This document shows, piece after piece, positions 40,736-49,090 of a stretch of 52,533 nt of DNA. The translations under genes and the position numbers were made by a program. Position 1 is the stretch's first letter. Each line of letters opens with the position of its first letter. Source of the stretch: a virus (taxonomy: Duplodnaviria > Caudoviricetes); the IMG/VR virus record IMGVR_UViG_3300021602_000010, positions 1-52,533 of that record; one strand, 5' to 3'. The notes beneath the pieces are model-generated. The model saw only the letters and a list, made by a program, of their open reading frames with translations, had not been told where the DNA came from and did no database searches.

Positions 40736-42465
40736 TACCAAATACCTCCACCTTTACGTTTTGTGCCTTGTAGTAACTCACCTGTGGCATATTTCGTCAG
40801 GCTAAAGTTATTGCTGATGTCGCTTCGCGTTACGACTGGGTATGCTGTGATAGCTATTTGCATTTTAGTCGGGACATAAGTTGGCTTGGTGTAAGGAGTT
40901 GATGAACTAAACGCTGGTGGGGCCGAAAGCCCACCGGGTGTTAGCCCTGGACCAAGCCGGGTAGTTGATGCCGTAAGATTATTACCTTTAGCTTGTGATC
41001 CGATACTACCAACACCCGCCCTCACATAATCAACATCAGTTGGCAGGGTGTAGTTAAAAGATGTAATGACCAACGGGTGAGCATCAAATTGATATTCACC
41101 CAGACCTGATAGATAACATAGAGGCGGAGGGGTTCCATTCAATGGATCCTGATCGTTTCCATAGAACATCTTAGTCACTGATCTGAAAAAGTGAATTACT
41201 GCCAGCAGATAGTTTGCCTCAAATGTATCCTGAGCAGTAAATTCTGCTGTGATCGTCACAATATCTACACTACTTGAACCATATTGAAATATCTTATAGT
41301 TGGAATGGGTAAGGGTAGTCGGCTCGTAGTGAGCGGCGTACGCCACTGTAATATTAGGAGTATACGGGAAGATGACACCGTCAGTGGCAACTAGCGGTAA
41401 CAGTATTCCTTCAGCGCCCTTCGCCTTATACAGATAGTTTGCACCTGGTGATAAACTCAGACGAACTCGCCAGTCTTCTTTTGCCTGGAAGTTAGTGGCA
41501 TCTTGTGCGTTCGCAGTTTCCTGAGTTACTGCCTTTTCAGCAGTTAATCCGCGACGACTTTCTCTGAGTAATTCAGCTTCGGCTTCTCTAGCTGCCTGTT
41601 CATCTGCTGCTATCTGATCCGCTTCTATTTGATCAAGAGCCTGTTGATTCTCAGCATCTTTTTGATCTTGAACGTTATTGTATCCAGTACTAAAGGCATA
41701 ATCTTGATCTGCTTCCTGTTGGGCTTGAATGGCGTCTGCCATCAAATCCGGTGGTGTCTCTAAATTTTGTTCTGATAGGGCAGCAACCTGATCGGCAATT
41801 ACTGCATCAGCAGCGGCGTTTGCGGCGATTTGTTCATCAATTCCAGTTACGTCAATTGATTGTATAATACCAACGTTGGCTGCGGCCTCTGCTTCTCCGG
41901 CGTTTCCTTCATTTACTAATGGAACAACTTGAGCGGCAGCTATTTCGTTGGAATCCGGAGGTGTCGGTTGTCCTGAAGCCGGCTGTTCTGCTGGCGGGGC
42001 CGGTGAGGTTACTACTGGTGTGACTGGTGTTGTTACTGTAGTATTACTTTGACCCGGGGTAACAGTTGCCGGTGGGGTGTTTACTGCTGTAGTAGGAGCG
42101 CCCGATGATGCAGTTGCGGCCTGTGTATCGGCATTCTTTATAGTTGCCTGTAATGTTTGCACCTGTGATACTACTTGATTATAATTACCGGTTGCCTGAC
42201 TAAAGGCTTCTTGGGCAGCATAATAGGTACTTCTTGCTGCTTGCCATTCAGTGTATCCGGGAGAGGAGGGGTCAACTCCATTTAATCCAGGAAACAAGGT
42301 CATCCAATAAGTTATTGAATATTGACTTTTTGTTTTTGTTACAGCAAACTGGGCAGCAGTAACGTCAGCCAGTGCTGCATTTTGTGCCGCAATTGCGGCA
42401 GGCAACTGCGCTGCGGCATTACTTGATACTTGTTGCCATTCTGCTGCTGTTGTTGGGTCTGCCAT
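40735..42465 (-). CDS. Tail-tube initiator/baseplate protein (gp48/gp54-like) with long low-complexity N-terminal extension
   Basis: C-terminal DWRVRLS...GVIFPYTP.I...Y.A.Y......HSNY...FTAQ...EA.YLLAV.HFFRSVTKMFYG...G.PPP...L.G.G domain. The N-terminal ~320 aa is Ala/Gln/Pro/Thr-rich. Confidence 0.65.
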   Translation of the reverse strand: MADPTTAAEWQQVSSNAAAQLPAAIAAQNAALADVTAAQFAVTKTKSQYSITYWMTLFPGLNGVDPSSPGYTEWQAARSTYYAAQEAFSQATGNYNQVVSQVQTLQATIKNADTQAATASSGAPTTAVNTPPATVTPGQSNTTVTTPVTPVVTSPAPPAEQPASGQPTPPDSNEIAAAQVVPLVNEGNAGEAEAAANVGIIQSIDVTGIDEQIAANAAADAVIADQVAALSEQNLETPPDLMADAIQAQQEADQDYAFSTGYNNVQDQKDAENQQALDQIEADQIAADEQAAREAEAELLRESRRGLTAEKAVTQETANAQDATNFQAKEDWRVRLSLSPGANYLYKAKGAEGILLPLVATDGVIFPYTPNITVAYAAHYEPTTLTHSNYKIFQYGSSSVDIVTITAEFTAQDTFEANYLLAVIHFFRSVTKMFYGNDQDPLNGTPPPLCYLSGLGEYQFDAHPLVITSFNYTLPTDVDYVRAGVGSIGSQAKGNNLTASTTRLGPGLTPGGLSAPPAFSSSTPYTKPTYVPTKMQIAITAYPVVTRSDISNNFSLTKYATGELLQGTKRKGGGIW

Positions 42466-42483
42466 GATAGTGTTTCCTATTAG

Positions 42484-42491
42484 TATTTATC
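42484..42491 (-). promoter_or_regulatory. T4-type late promoter (GATAAATA) heading the baseplate operon
   Basis: Followed by CTAATAGGAAACACTATC-ATG (42465). Confidence 0.65.
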
Positions 42492-42523
42492 TGTGAAAAA
42501 TCCCACCTTTTTTACTAATATAC

Positions 42524-42552
42524 TTGTTTTCTGCCATTGAATATGTTATAAT
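42524..42552 (+). promoter_or_regulatory. Sigma70-type (early/middle) promoter for gp55
   Basis: TTGTTT (42524-42529), 17-nt spacer, extended -10 TGnTATAAT (TATAAT 42547-42552). Confidence 0.65.
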
Positions 42553-42583
42553 TACAGAGCATAACAATAAGATAAGGAAAACT

Positions 42584-43489
42584 ATGTCACTACTACCAGC
42601 CCCGAGGAAGCCAGTCAATTATCTGAACAATAGAGACATTCTGAAAGAAATACATACCAGTAAAAATACCTACTGTCATTTCACGGACCCGGAAGTCCAT
42701 CGGTACGATATGATTGTGGATATGCCCCAGGCGCCACTTGATGAAAGTTTGGCGTATGCGTTTCGTCCCGAAAGTATTCAGTTGGCCAAAGAAAATCGGG
42801 CAATCCGTCTGAGCCAGGAAGCCGGAGTCAAAGATTCGGTCAAGGCTGCTGATATCCTAACCACTGACTTAGTATTTAGGGTGATGACTTGGACCCATGT
42901 CCCAGTGGCACCAAAACAACCAAGGAAAACGGTAAAAAAGAAAACGGCCAAGGACATATTTGAGTTCGAGGAAGCCGATCCTGATGAGAAGTTTGCTGAT
43001 CTGGAAGACAACGTGACCAAAGCAGAAGTAGATGACATGGTTCATGTAAAGGTAAACTTCCCACCGTTTCAACACTATAAAATTGACCCAAATAACACAT
43101 TCTTCTGCGTTGGTAAGTCTCACTGGCAGGGTGATTTAGAAAGTGGTGTGTTCAATAAAGACCATGGGCAAGCCACTAACAAACTGGCGCGCATGTATAT
43201 TATGATGTGTGAAAAGTATGCCATGAAGTATAACTGGCGCGGATATACTTATCGTGACGAGATGCAAAACTCAGCTATCCTTCAACTCACCTATGTTGGT
43301 CTCCGATTCAACGAAGCTAAATCCGCAAACCCGTTTGCGTTCTACACCGCAGTCATCACCAACTCATTCTGTCGTGTTCTTAACACTGAAAAACGAAATC
43401 AAAATATTCGGGACGACATACTAGAAATCAACGGCCTCAACCCAAGTTGGTCTCGGTCATCAATTAGTTCAACTCACTTTGACGAGTAA
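42584..43489 (+). CDS. gp55: Late-transcription sigma factor, T4 gp55-like
   Basis: Start at ATG 42584 after AAGGA. VNYLNN.D.L and YA...NWRGYTYRDEM..SA...L......FN..KS.NPFAFYT....NSF.R.LN.EK match gp55. Lies upstream of gp47/gp46 as in T4. Confidence 0.85.
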   Translation: MSLLPAPRKPVNYLNNRDILKEIHTSKNTYCHFTDPEVHRYDMIVDMPQAPLDESLAYAFRPESIQLAKENRAIRLSQEAGVKDSVKAADILTTDLVFRVMTWTHVPVAPKQPRKTVKKKTAKDIFEFEEADPDEKFADLEDNVTKAEVDDMVHVKVNFPPFQHYKIDPNNTFFCVGKSHWQGDLESGVFNKDHGQATNKLARMYIMMCEKYAMKYNWRGYTYRDEMQNSAILQLTYVGLRFNEAKSANPFAFYTAVITNSFCRVLNTEKRNQNIRDDILEINGLNPSWSRSSISSTHFDE

Positions 43490-44060
43490 TATATTTCCAG
43501 CCGCGCGTAGTTTTATACTTGCCATTGATTAGTCTACTTGCGCTTCCCTGGTCAACATCCTGGGTGGTGACGAACTCATATTGCGTCATTTGAACCGTTA
43601 CTCCGGTTTCTATGTTGTGAAAAGTATGAATAGTAGGATCATACTTTGAGTTTTTTATGCCTTTGTTTCTACCAGTAAATGGATTTACATATCCCGGTTT
43701 AGAGATTCTATCCTTGGTATGACTTGAACCATCCGCTCGCTTTTGCCACGGATGTGTACCTTTCTCTAATCTATGTAGGTGATTCAATTTAGCGATTTCG
43801 GAAATTTGCTCTGTGGACCATTTCATTTTTGCTGCGATGCGGAGACATGCTGTCCAATCACCCTGTTTATGGTGAACATCGTAGTGATCTTGTATTGAAA
43901 TGGCTATAAGATTTTCAGGATTATTGTTATGGCTATTACCATCCTTGTGGTGGATTTCATATTTTCGTCCCGAATCTTCTCTTGGGATTGGCCCATAATA
44001 TTGCTCGTATAGTTTACGATAGTTAACTTTAGTGCGTCTTTGTTTATTATAAATAGTCAT
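43464..44060 (-). CDS. Free-standing HNH homing endonuclease
   Basis: Start at ATG 44060 after AAGGAG. YEIHHKDGNSHNNNPENLIAISIQDHYDVH HNH motif; C-terminal HTH-like tail. Inserted antisense between gp55 and gp47. Confidence 0.85.
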   Translation of the reverse strand: MTIYNKQRRTKVNYRKLYEQYYGPIPREDSGRKYEIHHKDGNSHNNNPENLIAISIQDHYDVHHKQGDWTACLRIAAKMKWSTEQISEIAKLNHLHRLEKGTHPWQKRADGSSHTKDRISKPGYVNPFTGRNKGIKNSKYDPTIHTFHNIETGVTVQMTQYEFVTTQDVDQGSASRLINGKYKTTRGWKYITRQSELN

Positions 44061-44127
44061 GCTGGTGCTCCTTTTTAGCGTTAGAGAGGGCGGAGGTCGT
44101 AACTCGTGGCTCTCACTACTATTTATC
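44050..44127 (-). promoter_or_regulatory. Late promoter (GATAAATA, 44120-44127) plus structured leader of the HNH gene
   Basis: ATAAATAGT pairs with ACTATTTAT (codons 2-4); inner GAGAG/CTCTC and GCT/AGC stems, the last covering the SD. Confidence 0.6.
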
Positions 44128-44143
44128 ATTTTGCCCAAGCATA

Positions 44144-44173
44144 TTGCTTTTGTCGCATCACCTGTAGTACAAT
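44144..44173 (+). promoter_or_regulatory. Sigma70-type promoter for gp47-gp46
   Basis: TTGCTT (44144-44149), 18-nt spacer, TACAAT (44168-44173), 5 nt before ATG 44179. Confidence 0.5.
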
Positions 44174-44178
44174 AAGAA

Positions 44179-45195
44179 ATGTCTAATCTATTCAAAAAAG
44201 CAGCGGTCCTAACGGATCTACATCTTGGTCTCAAGAGTAACAGTTTGGTTCACAACGAGGATTGCGTGAACTTCGTCACATGGTTTGTGGCTAAGGCCAA
44301 AGAAGAAAAGTGTGATACCGTTATTGTATGTGGAGACTGGCACAACCATCGTGCCAGCATCAACGTGCTGAGTTTACACTACTCCATGAAATGTCTGGAG
44401 ATGCTGAATGCCAACTTCTCTCAGGTATTTTTCATCACAGGTAACCACGATCTTTACTATCGTGAGAAACGGGACATTCATTCGGTTGCTTGGGCAGGAT
44501 ACCTACCCAATGTAACTATTGTCAATGACCCGTTTACTGAAGGCAACGTCACTCTTTGCCCATGGATGGTCGGCGAAGATCATGCCGCAATCAAGAAGAT
44601 CAAGTCCACATACACCTTTGGGCATTTTGAACTGCCCTACTTCCTGATGAATGCCCAGATTGAAATGCCCGATCATGGTCTGATCAGCCTGGATGATTTC
44701 GGGTCTACGGGCACCGTATTCAGTGGACATTTTCACAAACGACAGGCCAAGAAGAACATCTGGTACATCGGCAATGCTTTTCCGCATAACTATGCTGACG
44801 CCGGTGATGATGCCCGCGGTATGATGATACTGGCCTGGGGACAAACTCCCGAGTTCTATTCATGGCCTGGTCAACCCAAGTATCGTGTGCATAAACTGAG
44901 CGACATTCTGGAGAAGACCAAAGAGTTATTGCTGCCTGATTCGCATGTTCGTGTTCATCTAGACATTGACATTTCCTACGAGGAAGCGAACTTCATTCGG
45001 GAAACACTTATCCCTGATTATAATCTTCGGGAGATGGCACTGATTCCTATGCGAGTGGAGCAACAGGCCACTGGTGCTGAATCCGGAGAGATAAAGTTTG
45101 AATCGGTAGATCAAATAGTTTTGGATCAGATTAACTCTATTGAATCAAAGACTTACGACAAGAAAATTCTACTGGAAATCTACAACACTATATGA
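44179..45195 (+). CDS. gp47: Recombination endonuclease subunit, T4 gp47 / Mre11 / SbcD-like
   Basis: Metallophosphoesterase motifs TDLHLG, GDWH, GNHD, GHFE, SGHFH and YIGN. Confidence 0.93.
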   Translation: MSNLFKKAAVLTDLHLGLKSNSLVHNEDCVNFVTWFVAKAKEEKCDTVIVCGDWHNHRASINVLSLHYSMKCLEMLNANFSQVFFITGNHDLYYREKRDIHSVAWAGYLPNVTIVNDPFTEGNVTLCPWMVGEDHAAIKKIKSTYTFGHFELPYFLMNAQIEMPDHGLISLDDFGSTGTVFSGHFHKRQAKKNIWYIGNAFPHNYADAGDDARGMMILAWGQTPEFYSWPGQPKYRVHKLSDILEKTKELLLPDSHVRVHLDIDISYEEANFIRETLIPDYNLREMALIPMRVEQQATGAESGEIKFESVDQIVLDQINSIESKTYDKKILLEIYNTI

Positions 45196-47270
45196 TATTG
45201 CTCAAGGATATTACAATACGCAACTTTTTAAGCGTGGGGGCCTGCACTCAAGCAGTCAACTTTGACCGGACTGACCTGACACTGATTCTCGGAGAGAATC
45301 TTGATCTTGGTGGTGATGGCGCTCGTAACGGCACCGGAAAGACCTCGTTGATCCAAGGTCTTTCTTATGCCTTGTTCGGTGTGCCTATCAATAGCATCCG
45401 AAAAGACAACCTGGTCAATCGCACCAACGGCAAGAACATGCTGGTCACCCTGACTTTCAGTGTTGATGGAGTGGAGTACAAGATTGAGCGAGGACGCAAG
45501 CCTAATCTGTTGAAGTTCTACGTGAACAACACGCTACAGAAGCAACAGGATGATGCCCAAGGAGAGAACAAAGAAACTCAAGCAGCCATTGAGCGAGTAA
45601 TCAACATGTCAGCAGACATGTTCAAGCACATCGTGGCACTGAATACCTACTCTGAACCGTTTCTTGCTCTGAAGAATAGTGATCAACGAGCAATCATTGA
45701 GCAACTACTTGGCATTACCATTCTGAGCGAGAAGGCCGAGAATGTAAAGGAACTGCTTACCACCAGTAAAGATGCCATACGAACCGAAGAGTTCCGTATT
45801 AAGGCAGTTGAAGAGGCTAACAAGCGTATCCTTGAACAGATTGAAGGGCTGAAACGCCGTCAACGACTATGGACAACTAAGAAAGATTCAGACCTTGCCG
45901 CCTATGTGGAATCGTATGATACTCTGTCCAAAATAGATATCGTGGCAGAACTACAAGCGCACAAAGACCTCGTGGTCTACAACAAGAACAAAGAAGTAAA
46001 CCAGAACTACATGTCGTTGACTGCCCGCTCTACCGCATGGTTTGATAAGAATAAACGAGAAGGCGTGGAGTTGCAGAAGGCGTACGACAAAAAGAACTCC
46101 ATTGATATCGTCAAGGAACTACAAAAGCACCGACAGGTCGCCGAGTACAACCAACGAGTCAAGGATAAGGCAACACAAGACGCTGATATCAAGCGGGCAA
46201 CCGGTGATTGTGTCAGGCATGATAAGGAAATCAAAAAACTTGAAGCCGAAATCGCTCAACTTCACGAACACAAGTGTTATGCCTGTGGGCAGGAGTTACA
46301 TGACGAGCAACACACCGTTGTCCTTGATGCGAAAGAAGAGGCGTTAGTTCTGGCAATAAGCAGCCACAACACTTCTCTTGACCTCCTCATTCATCTAAGA
46401 GAAAATAAGATTTCTCTTGGTAAGATGCCATCAACCCTATACAAGACAGAAGAAGAAGCGTTCAAACACTCCAGCGAACTGGAAAGCATCCGTCATAAGA
46501 TCACAGACAAAGAAAACGAAGCTGATCCGTATGCCGAGCAAGCCAATGAACTGCTCAATAGTGTGACCACCTTATCCAAGCCACCAGTTACCGTTTATGA
46601 CACCGAAGCGGAAGCGGTGACGCATAGTTCAACTATGGCCAATCTACTGACACAAATGGAAAGCAAAAGCGAAGAGGTTGATCCGTATGAGGAACAAATC
46701 GTTGATATGGAGCAGAAGGCTCTACAGGTAACGAACTTTGACATGATCAACTCACTGACAAAGACCATGGATCATCAGAAGTTCCTGTTGGAACTGCTCA
46801 CCAGCAAGGATTCGTTTGTTCGTAAGAAGATCATTGATCAAAATCTGGCATTTTTGAATGCCAGGTTGACTCACTATCTTGATAAGATCGGTCTGCCACA
46901 TCAGGTTGTCTTCCAAAACGACCTGAACGTGGAGATTACTGAGTTAGGGCGTGAACTTGACTTTGATAACCTGTCCCGTGGTGAGCGCAACAGGCTGATT
47001 CTTGGTTTGTCGTTTGCTTTCCGTGATGTTTGGGAAAACCTATACAAGCCGGTCAATACCCTGTTCATTGACGAGTTGATTGACTCCGGTCTTGATACCA
47101 TGGGCGTAGAAAACGCCATTGCCATTCTCAAGGACATGAGCCGTCGTCGTCAGAAATCTATTTGGCTTGTCTCTCACAGAGAAGAACTTGCAGGGCGAGT
47201 ACCGAGTGTTCTGAAGGTGGTTAAGACTGGGGGATTCACTGAATATTCCACAGCGACAGACACGGAGTAG
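45192..47270 (+). CDS. gp46: Recombination ATPase subunit, T4 gp46 / Rad50 / SbcC-like
   Basis: NFLSVG, Walker A GARNGTGKTS, coiled coils, Zn hook CYAC, signature LSRGE, Walker B LFIDELIDSGLD, and SH switch. Confidence 0.93.
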   Translation: MILLKDITIRNFLSVGACTQAVNFDRTDLTLILGENLDLGGDGARNGTGKTSLIQGLSYALFGVPINSIRKDNLVNRTNGKNMLVTLTFSVDGVEYKIERGRKPNLLKFYVNNTLQKQQDDAQGENKETQAAIERVINMSADMFKHIVALNTYSEPFLALKNSDQRAIIEQLLGITILSEKAENVKELLTTSKDAIRTEEFRIKAVEEANKRILEQIEGLKRRQRLWTTKKDSDLAAYVESYDTLSKIDIVAELQAHKDLVVYNKNKEVNQNYMSLTARSTAWFDKNKREGVELQKAYDKKNSIDIVKELQKHRQVAEYNQRVKDKATQDADIKRATGDCVRHDKEIKKLEAEIAQLHEHKCYACGQELHDEQHTVVLDAKEEALVLAISSHNTSLDLLIHLRENKISLGKMPSTLYKTEEEAFKHSSELESIRHKITDKENEADPYAEQANELLNSVTTLSKPPVTVYDTEAEAVTHSSTMANLLTQMESKSEEVDPYEEQIVDMEQKALQVTNFDMINSLTKTMDHQKFLLELLTSKDSFVRKKIIDQNLAFLNARLTHYLDKIGLPHQVVFQNDLNVEITELGRELDFDNLSRGERNRLILGLSFAFRDVWENLYKPVNTLFIDELIDSGLDTMGVENAIAILKDMSRRRQKSIWLVSHREELAGRVPSVLKVVKTGGFTEYSTATDTE

Positions 47271-47296
47271 TTGAAATATGGATTCACTTGTTATGG

Positions 47297-47304
47297 TATA
47301 AATA
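47297..47304 (+). promoter_or_regulatory. T4 late promoter, perfect TATAAATA
   Basis: 5 nt upstream of ATG 47310. Confidence 0.7.
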
Positions 47305-47309
47305 GTTAT

Positions 47310-47984
47310 ATGAATAACTATTATGTTTATATGTATACTAGATCCGTTGATTCTCCTACCGCTAAAGCAGGGACACCATATTATATCGGAAAGGGCAGAG
47401 GGAGGAGGCGGTTTGAAAAGCACTCTGTTACCATCCCAAATGATGAGCATAATGTAATAGTGTTTGAAAACTTACTTGAGATGGGAGCATTTATCATTGA
47501 GAGAACTCTCATCAGGTGGTATGGACGTAAGGACTTAACTTACACGGACAGACCACCTGGTATTCTACGAAATATGACTGATGGTGGTGACGGTGGGAGC
47601 GGCAGAAAAGATTCCGACGATACGAAACAGCGTCGAGGTAAGTCAAATACTGGAAAACGACGAACGATTGAGTCAAAGAATAAAATATCGGCGGCAGTTA
47701 AGGCGGCACGGATAAGATTGGGTAACTGGTGGATTGATAAAAAGCACTCGGATGACACGAAGCAGATAATGTCTGCCAAGAAGAAAGGCAAGTCTTACGA
47801 GGAAATTTTTGGACCGCGCGCGGCAGAAATGCGAGAGAGAAGAAGGATAGAATCATCTGGGATACCCAAGGGGCCGCAATGTCAGGTCATATGCCCGCAT
47901 TGCGGCAAGGTGGGCGGGACCGGCATTATGAAACGCTGGCACGGCGATAGGTGTAAGTACAATACTTCTACGGAGATGGACTAA
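47310..47984 (+). CDS. GIY-YIG homing endonuclease with NUMOD3-like repeats and C-terminal Zn ribbon
   Basis: Start moved to ATG 47310. YYVYMY...PYYIGKG.G.R...E..LI..YGR...L.N.TDGGDG; [10 protein letters not shown] repeats; CPHCGK.....MKRWH...C. Confidence 0.85.
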   Translation: MNNYYVYMYTRSVDSPTAKAGTPYYIGKGRGRRRFEKHSVTIPNDEHNVIVFENLLEMGAFIIERTLIRWYGRKDLTYTDRPPGILRNMTDGGDGGSGRKDSDDTKQRRGKSNTGKRRTIESKNKISAAVKAARIRLGNWWIDKKHSDDTKQIMSAKKKGKSYEEIFGPRAAEMRERRRIESSGIPKGPQCQVICPHCGKVGGTGIMKRWHGDRCKYNTSTEMD

Positions 47985-47986
47985 TG

Positions 47987-47994
47987 GCTAAATA
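47987..47994 (+). promoter_or_regulatory. T4-type late promoter (GCTAAATA)
   Basis: 6 nt upstream of ATG 48001. Confidence 0.55.
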
Positions 47995-48000
47995 TCTCAC

Positions 48001-48444
48001 ATGGATACAGGTCATTGGGAGTTCCCACACGTTTTTGAAATTGACGACTGGTTCGGTTTTCTTTACCGAATTACAGAGATAAGCACCGGCATGGAATACG
48101 TCGGCAAGAAGCAACTGCATCAGCATCTAAGAAAAACAGTCAAGGGCAGAAAAAATAAGAAGAAGGTGATCAAGGAGTCTGATTGGAAAACCTATATGGG
48201 TTCTTCAGTCAGACTCAACACCTCGATTGCCACTAATGGCAAAGACAACTATCGCTTTGAGATAATTTCCCTGCATAAGACACGCGCATCGCTCGTTTAT
48301 GCGGAAGTAAAACTTCAAATTATGGAAGATGTTCTACGAACAAAACTACCTAACGGCACACGGAAAAGTTACAACGGCCTTATCTCAGGCATCAAGTTTC
48401 TTCCTCCAGAGGAAACGGCCGAAGAGGCAAAAATGAAAAGATAG
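48001..48444 (+). CDS. Short GIY-YIG (Seg-like) nuclease, catalytic domain only
   Basis: GFLYRIT...TG..YVGKK...ESDWKTYMGSS...EII......L.YAE...YN. The protein ends right after the catalytic domain and has a basic insert RKTVKGRKNKKKVIK. Confidence 0.75.
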   Translation: MDTGHWEFPHVFEIDDWFGFLYRITEISTGMEYVGKKQLHQHLRKTVKGRKNKKKVIKESDWKTYMGSSVRLNTSIATNGKDNYRFEIISLHKTRASLVYAEVKLQIMEDVLRTKLPNGTRKSYNGLISGIKFLPPEETAEEAKMKR

Positions 48445-48488
48445 TTACCCAAATACAGTATAATTTTCGTACGGAACGTGTTATACTT

Positions 48489-48496
48489 GCTAAATA
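48489..48496 (+). promoter_or_regulatory. T4-type late promoter (GCTAAATA) upstream of a non-coding structured region
   Basis: Same octamer as 47987; no credible + strand ORF follows. Confidence 0.5.
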
Positions 48497-48499
48497 AAC

Positions 48500-49055
48500 A
48501 GACACCAGGTCAAATCAAATTCCCCGTCACTAGCCTGACACCAAACACTGGCACAAAGCCTTAGCCTAATTCGTCTAGTCGGGACGCCCGACTCTCCTTG
48601 AGGTTGTACAGATTGTGCTGTGCCGTCAGATACTGGAGTATAGCCTTGGTATTGCGCTAATAATACCAGGGGAATACCGACAGGGCTCTCACCATGGTAG
48701 AAATGTGAACCCTGAATGAGTCTGTGCCTACTTTGTCGTGATGGTACAGAACATGCGTTGCTGGGAGGTATGGTGAAGTTTAAGCCATATTGTCCCAACT
48801 ACAGATCCATAACAACTTTACAGAGCAACCGGTAGCAGATAGTAGTAGACGCCTAATTATCTGGGATAGAGACAACAGAGGGGATAGGGTGAAACTTTCC
48901 ATTTGGTAGTGCTAATTTAGCACTACCATGGCTCCAAGGTGAAGTGGATATCCGATAAGCAAATAGAGAAAAGAAAAGAGTAGAATAAAAAAGAATTAGA
49001 GTGATACCGAGCGAAGCGAAGGGATCAGATGTGCGTAGCACATCTCTAAAGAGAG
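48500..49055 (+). ncRNA. Candidate large structured non-coding RNA (family unassigned); alternatively a replication origin region
   Basis: About 550 nt with at least 8 stem-loops, several containing G-U pairs that only form on the + strand. Boundaries are approximate. Confidence 0.5.
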
Positions 49056-49090
49056 CAAAATATAAATGACAAATAATGGAATGGAATACC

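Noticed and set aside
42584-47270. Inteins in gp55, gp47 or gp46 to explain extra length
   Set aside because: No C/S-start...HN-C/S/T splice motifs or LAGLIDADG blocks; the extra length in gp46 is coiled-coil duplication.
48500-49055. tmRNA, RNase P RNA, tRNA, CRISPR array or group I/II intron identity for the structured region
   Set aside because: No tRNA-like ends or T-loop, no GAGGAAAGUCC motif, no repeat-spacer periodicity, no convincing P7 or domain V, and no interrupted gene. A covariance-model search is still needed.
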